From positions 1 to 64,000 of IMG/VR virus record IMGVR_UViG_3300007770_001284: a stretch of DNA of 64,000 nucleotides; one strand, written 5' to 3'. Below the pieces are notes generated by a model. It saw only the letters and a list, made by a program, of their open reading frames with translations. It had not been told where the DNA came from and did no database searches. A program made the translations under genes and the position numbers. Positions within the stretch are counted from its first letter, which is position 1, and each line of letters starts with the position of its first letter. Shown here piece after piece: positions 61,507-64,000 of this stretch.

Positions 61507-62638
61507 TCAATGGGCACCCAAAGCGCTAAAAGATATGATCAATTTCGATGGTACTGCTCCTGAAATCGATTGGCGACTCTTAGGACAGGGTCGGTTGCTG
61601 GATAGGTGCACACGTTCCAATCCAGAGCTCACTTTTATGATACCTTTCGCTGCAGATTCTTTATCACGGGTAATCAATTTATGTCTTGTTGTATCGCACT
61701 TATTGATGAACACCAGTTCAAAGATTCTTCTTACAATAGCAGACGTAAATTACACACTGGATGAATTACAAAATAACCCGAGACTTGGTAACAACGGTAG
61801 AAACTGGAATTACGAGGGTTATTTTTTTGCTACGCTTGCTCAATGGTGGGGTGGCGACACCTTTGAAAAGGTAGCGCTTGGTCGGCTCACTGTAATATTA
61901 CGACCCCGGAAACCTGGAGAACCATTTCATCGAACACTTTATCTTAATGATATGCTTGAGCAAGTTACAACTCGATATGTCGCAAATTTAGACGCCGACG
62001 TCTTAATCGACGCATCGACGATCAGGCTGGCACAGACTATGTTAAGCACCACACTGGATGGAGATGGCGTTGCTGATTTTATTTATCCATACGGTCATGG
62101 CCAGTATTCTTTAAGGGTATGGGCAAAGCACCAGCTTGAGACCTCAAGCGCCCCCGACGGCCACCGCGAAGCTGAAGAAGCAGCTTCAGCGGAGTTGGCA
62201 TATGCAATCATTGAATTGATTGCAAAAGACAATATTGATTTGTTATATTATCAAAATACAATATTAGACGTAGTGAGTGTTCCCTGGTCATCGGCCTTTG
62301 GTCACATATTTTTTGCGAAGACAGAAGCTTATTTGAGGGCGTACGGAGAGAATGAGAATTTTGTTTCGTGGGGTGCTGAAGATATAGAGAGGTTTACTAG
62401 GTTTTCGAAGCTTGGGTTTAAAGTTATGAGATTTCCTTATCCTGTTGTACATCTCGAGCATCCTCGAGGTCTTGATTCTGGAAAGTCTAATCCGCATTTT
62501 CAATCGAATGAAGACTTGTGGGTTTCGCTACAAGACAAAGATGTTGATTGGATCAAGAATTATTATGAAAATTGTGAATATTACAAAGCTCGAAAATGGA
62601 AGAGCCTGGACATGGGTGAATTATTTAAATGGCAATAG
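61496..62638 (+). CDS. glycosyltransferase with GT7 C-terminal-like domain
   Basis: FMIPF, FHRTLYLN, NLDADV, YGENENFVSWGAEDIE. Confidence 0.8.
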   Translation: MSDSQWAPKALKDMINFDGTAPEIDWRLLGQGRLLDRCTRSNPELTFMIPFAADSLSRVINLCLVVSHLLMNTSSKILLTIADVNYTLDELQNNPRLGNNGRNWNYEGYFFATLAQWWGGDTFEKVALGRLTVILRPRKPGEPFHRTLYLNDMLEQVTTRYVANLDADVLIDASTIRLAQTMLSTTLDGDGVADFIYPYGHGQYSLRVWAKHQLETSSAPDGHREAEEAASAELAYAIIELIAKDNIDLLYYQNTILDVVSVPWSSAFGHIFFAKTEAYLRAYGENENFVSWGAEDIERFTRFSKLGFKVMRFPYPVVHLEHPRGLDSGKSNPHFQSNEDLWVSLQDKDVDWIKNYYENCEYYKARKWKSLDMGELFKWQ

Positions 62639-62649
62639 GTGAAAATTAG

Positions 62650-63450
62650 ATGTTTTTTTATTCTGAATTAGGAAAAAATGGAAGGATTGGAAATCAAATG
62701 TTCCAATATGCCACGCTTTTTGCGTTGGGCAAAAATAGACAAATTGACATTGGTATACCTGCCGCTGCAGTTGAGGTGTTTAAGAATACTACAAAGCCGC
62801 TTAGTATTGTTGAGGCCTTCCCCAATTTGTCCGCGAAAAAAATAGACGACATTGAGGCTAAAGGGCAATATCAAGAAGAGAGCTTTTTATTTTCACCAAA
62901 CCTGTTTTTGTTAATGGACAATTGTGATATTCATGGTTACTTCCAGTCTCCCCTTTACTTCTCTAAATTCCAGGAGGAGTTGAGAGAAGAGTTTCAATTT
63001 AGCAGAGATATAGATTCTGTTGCTCAAGGAAAAATAGATGATATTCGATCTTCTGATTCTCTTGTATGTGCCGTACATTTCAGGCGCTCCGATTATCTAG
63101 AGTTCCCAAATTTTCACACTAATCTAGAAGCAGAATACTACAACACGGCAATCTCGATTATGCTAAATAAATTTCCTGACATTAAATTTGTAGCGTTTTC
63201 AGATGATGCTGAGTGGCTTCAAGAGACTTTGCCCCCAGAGATTTTGGCTTCCCCAGGTGAAAACCAATTCGAAGATATGTGTATGATGACTAAATGTGAC
63301 GCTCACGTAATCGCTAATTCTTCGTTTAGCTGGTGGGGGGCTTGGTTATCAACAAGTACTAATCTTGTTATCGCGCCCCAGCGCTGGTTTGGTCCTGAGG
63401 GGCCGAAAGACTGGAGTACAATTTACCCACCGGGATGGGGCTTGCTGTAG
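62650..63450 (+). CDS. alpha-1,2-fucosyltransferase (GT11)
   Basis: GRIGNQMFQYA, GYFQS, VHFRRSDY, FSDD, IIANSSFSWWGAWL. Confidence 0.92.
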   Translation: MFFYSELGKNGRIGNQMFQYATLFALGKNRQIDIGIPAAAVEVFKNTTKPLSIVEAFPNLSAKKIDDIEAKGQYQEESFLFSPNLFLLMDNCDIHGYFQSPLYFSKFQEELREEFQFSRDIDSVAQGKIDDIRSSDSLVCAVHFRRSDYLEFPNFHTNLEAEYYNTAISIMLNKFPDIKFVAFSDDAEWLQETLPPEILASPGENQFEDMCMMTKCDAHVIANSSFSWWGAWLSTSTNLVIAPQRWFGPEGPKDWSTIYPPGWGLL

Positions 63451-63458
63451 GAGAAATA

Positions 63459-64000
63459 ATGTCTTGGTTTCCAGATGATATGAAAAATGCTGAGTGGGGT
63501 AACGTAGAGCTCGATACAGAGAGTACGTTATACAAATTGCTGTACCGTCCTGATGAGAAAAAACTCGACTTGAGCGATCACACATTTATTATTCCATATG
63601 CAACAGATTCTTATGTAAGATTATGGAATCTTGTAACCAGCGTTTTATACCTGCGAATTCATACATCTGCCAATATACTGATTTTCGCAGCAGAAGACCC
63701 AACTCTCAATATAGAACAAAATTTAGTTGCTGGGTTACAAGGCTTGTACACACCGAATATTACAAATGAATTTCTCCAAAAATTTATTGAAAGAGTAAAA
63801 ATAATAAGTGCTACTCGTTCGACTGATCAACCGTTCCATCGTACACGCTATTTGAATGAAATGTTGGCAGTCGTAGATACACCGTATGTCGTAAATTTCG
63901 ATGCAGACATATTGCTTCCATTGGGAACAATGGCAGTTTCTGCATTGGCACTTAGAGATGAAAATGCTGACTTTGTTTATCCGTATGGTCATGGTAAGAA
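63459..64000 (+). CDS. glycosyltransferase, paralog of 61496..62638 (runs off the window end)
   Basis: read directly: MSWFPDD...FIIPYATDS...PFHRTRYLNEML...NFDADI...FVYPYGHG. Confidence 0.85.
   Translation, partial: MSWFPDDMKNAEWGNVELDTESTLYKLLYRPDEKKLDLSDHTFIIPYATDSYVRLWNLVTSVLYLRIHTSANILIFAAEDPTLNIEQNLVAGLQGLYTPNITNEFLQKFIERVKIISATRSTDQPFHRTRYLNEMLAVVDTPYVVNFDADILLPLGTMAVSALALRDENADFVYPYGHGK

Noticed and set aside
1-64000. Eukaryotic giant virus (NCLDV) or bacterial chromosome origin
   Set aside because: The GT and sulfotransferase content is suggestive, but sigma70 promoters, SD sites, intrinsic terminators, operonic overlap, fibre-end motifs and arrays of tiny ORFans fit a large phage. 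No NCLDV core genes and no housekeeping operons are present.
1-64000. Stop-codon reassignment
   Set aside because: Conserved genes are full length in the standard code, and TAA, TAG and TGA are all used as stops.

Overview
A 64 kb segment of a large, densely coding bacteriophage genome, probably a jumbo Caudoviricetes phage. Evidence for a bacterial host: sigma70-type promoters, Shine-Dalgarno sites, Rho-independent terminators and the standard genetic code. Nearly all genes are on the + strand. No capsid, terminase, polymerase, tRNA, CRISPR array or integrase is visible. Layout: (1) 0.1-5.7 kb holds leader-tagged small proteins, three sulfotransferases, a fatty-acid hydroxylase and an FkbM-like methyltransferase. 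(2) 5.7-13.8 kb holds two repeat-rich non-coding regions bracketing a GC-richer early block with a MoxR-like AAA ATPase and a metallopeptidase/vWA protein, plus two promoter-driven, highly base-paired non-coding stretches that look like unannotated ncRNAs. (3) 13.8-20.8 kb holds small accessory genes, including a tandem array of MxVGD-V SH3-like miniproteins, a diiron ferritin-like protein, a 2OG-Fe(II) hydroxylase and an HD alarmone-hydrolase-like protein. (4) 21-29.3 kb is a cluster of proteins sharing an N-terminal MKITKRQLRRIIKEE leader, with 13 copies in the window, around a 943-aa candidate internal head protein. (5) 29.3-45.2 kb is a host-takeover/stress kit: GIY-YIG, vWA lipoprotein, Hsp20, protease, DinG helicase, cytidylyltransferase, NUDIX, YeaH-SpoVR-PrkA, degenerate GroEL, YkuK, Hc1, a sigma region-4 protein and PhoH2. 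(6) 45.2-58.6 kb holds a LamG protein and two giant repetitive fibre proteins. (7) 58.8-64 kb is a glycosyltransferase cluster. All functional calls come from motif recognition by eye; no database search or folding program was run.
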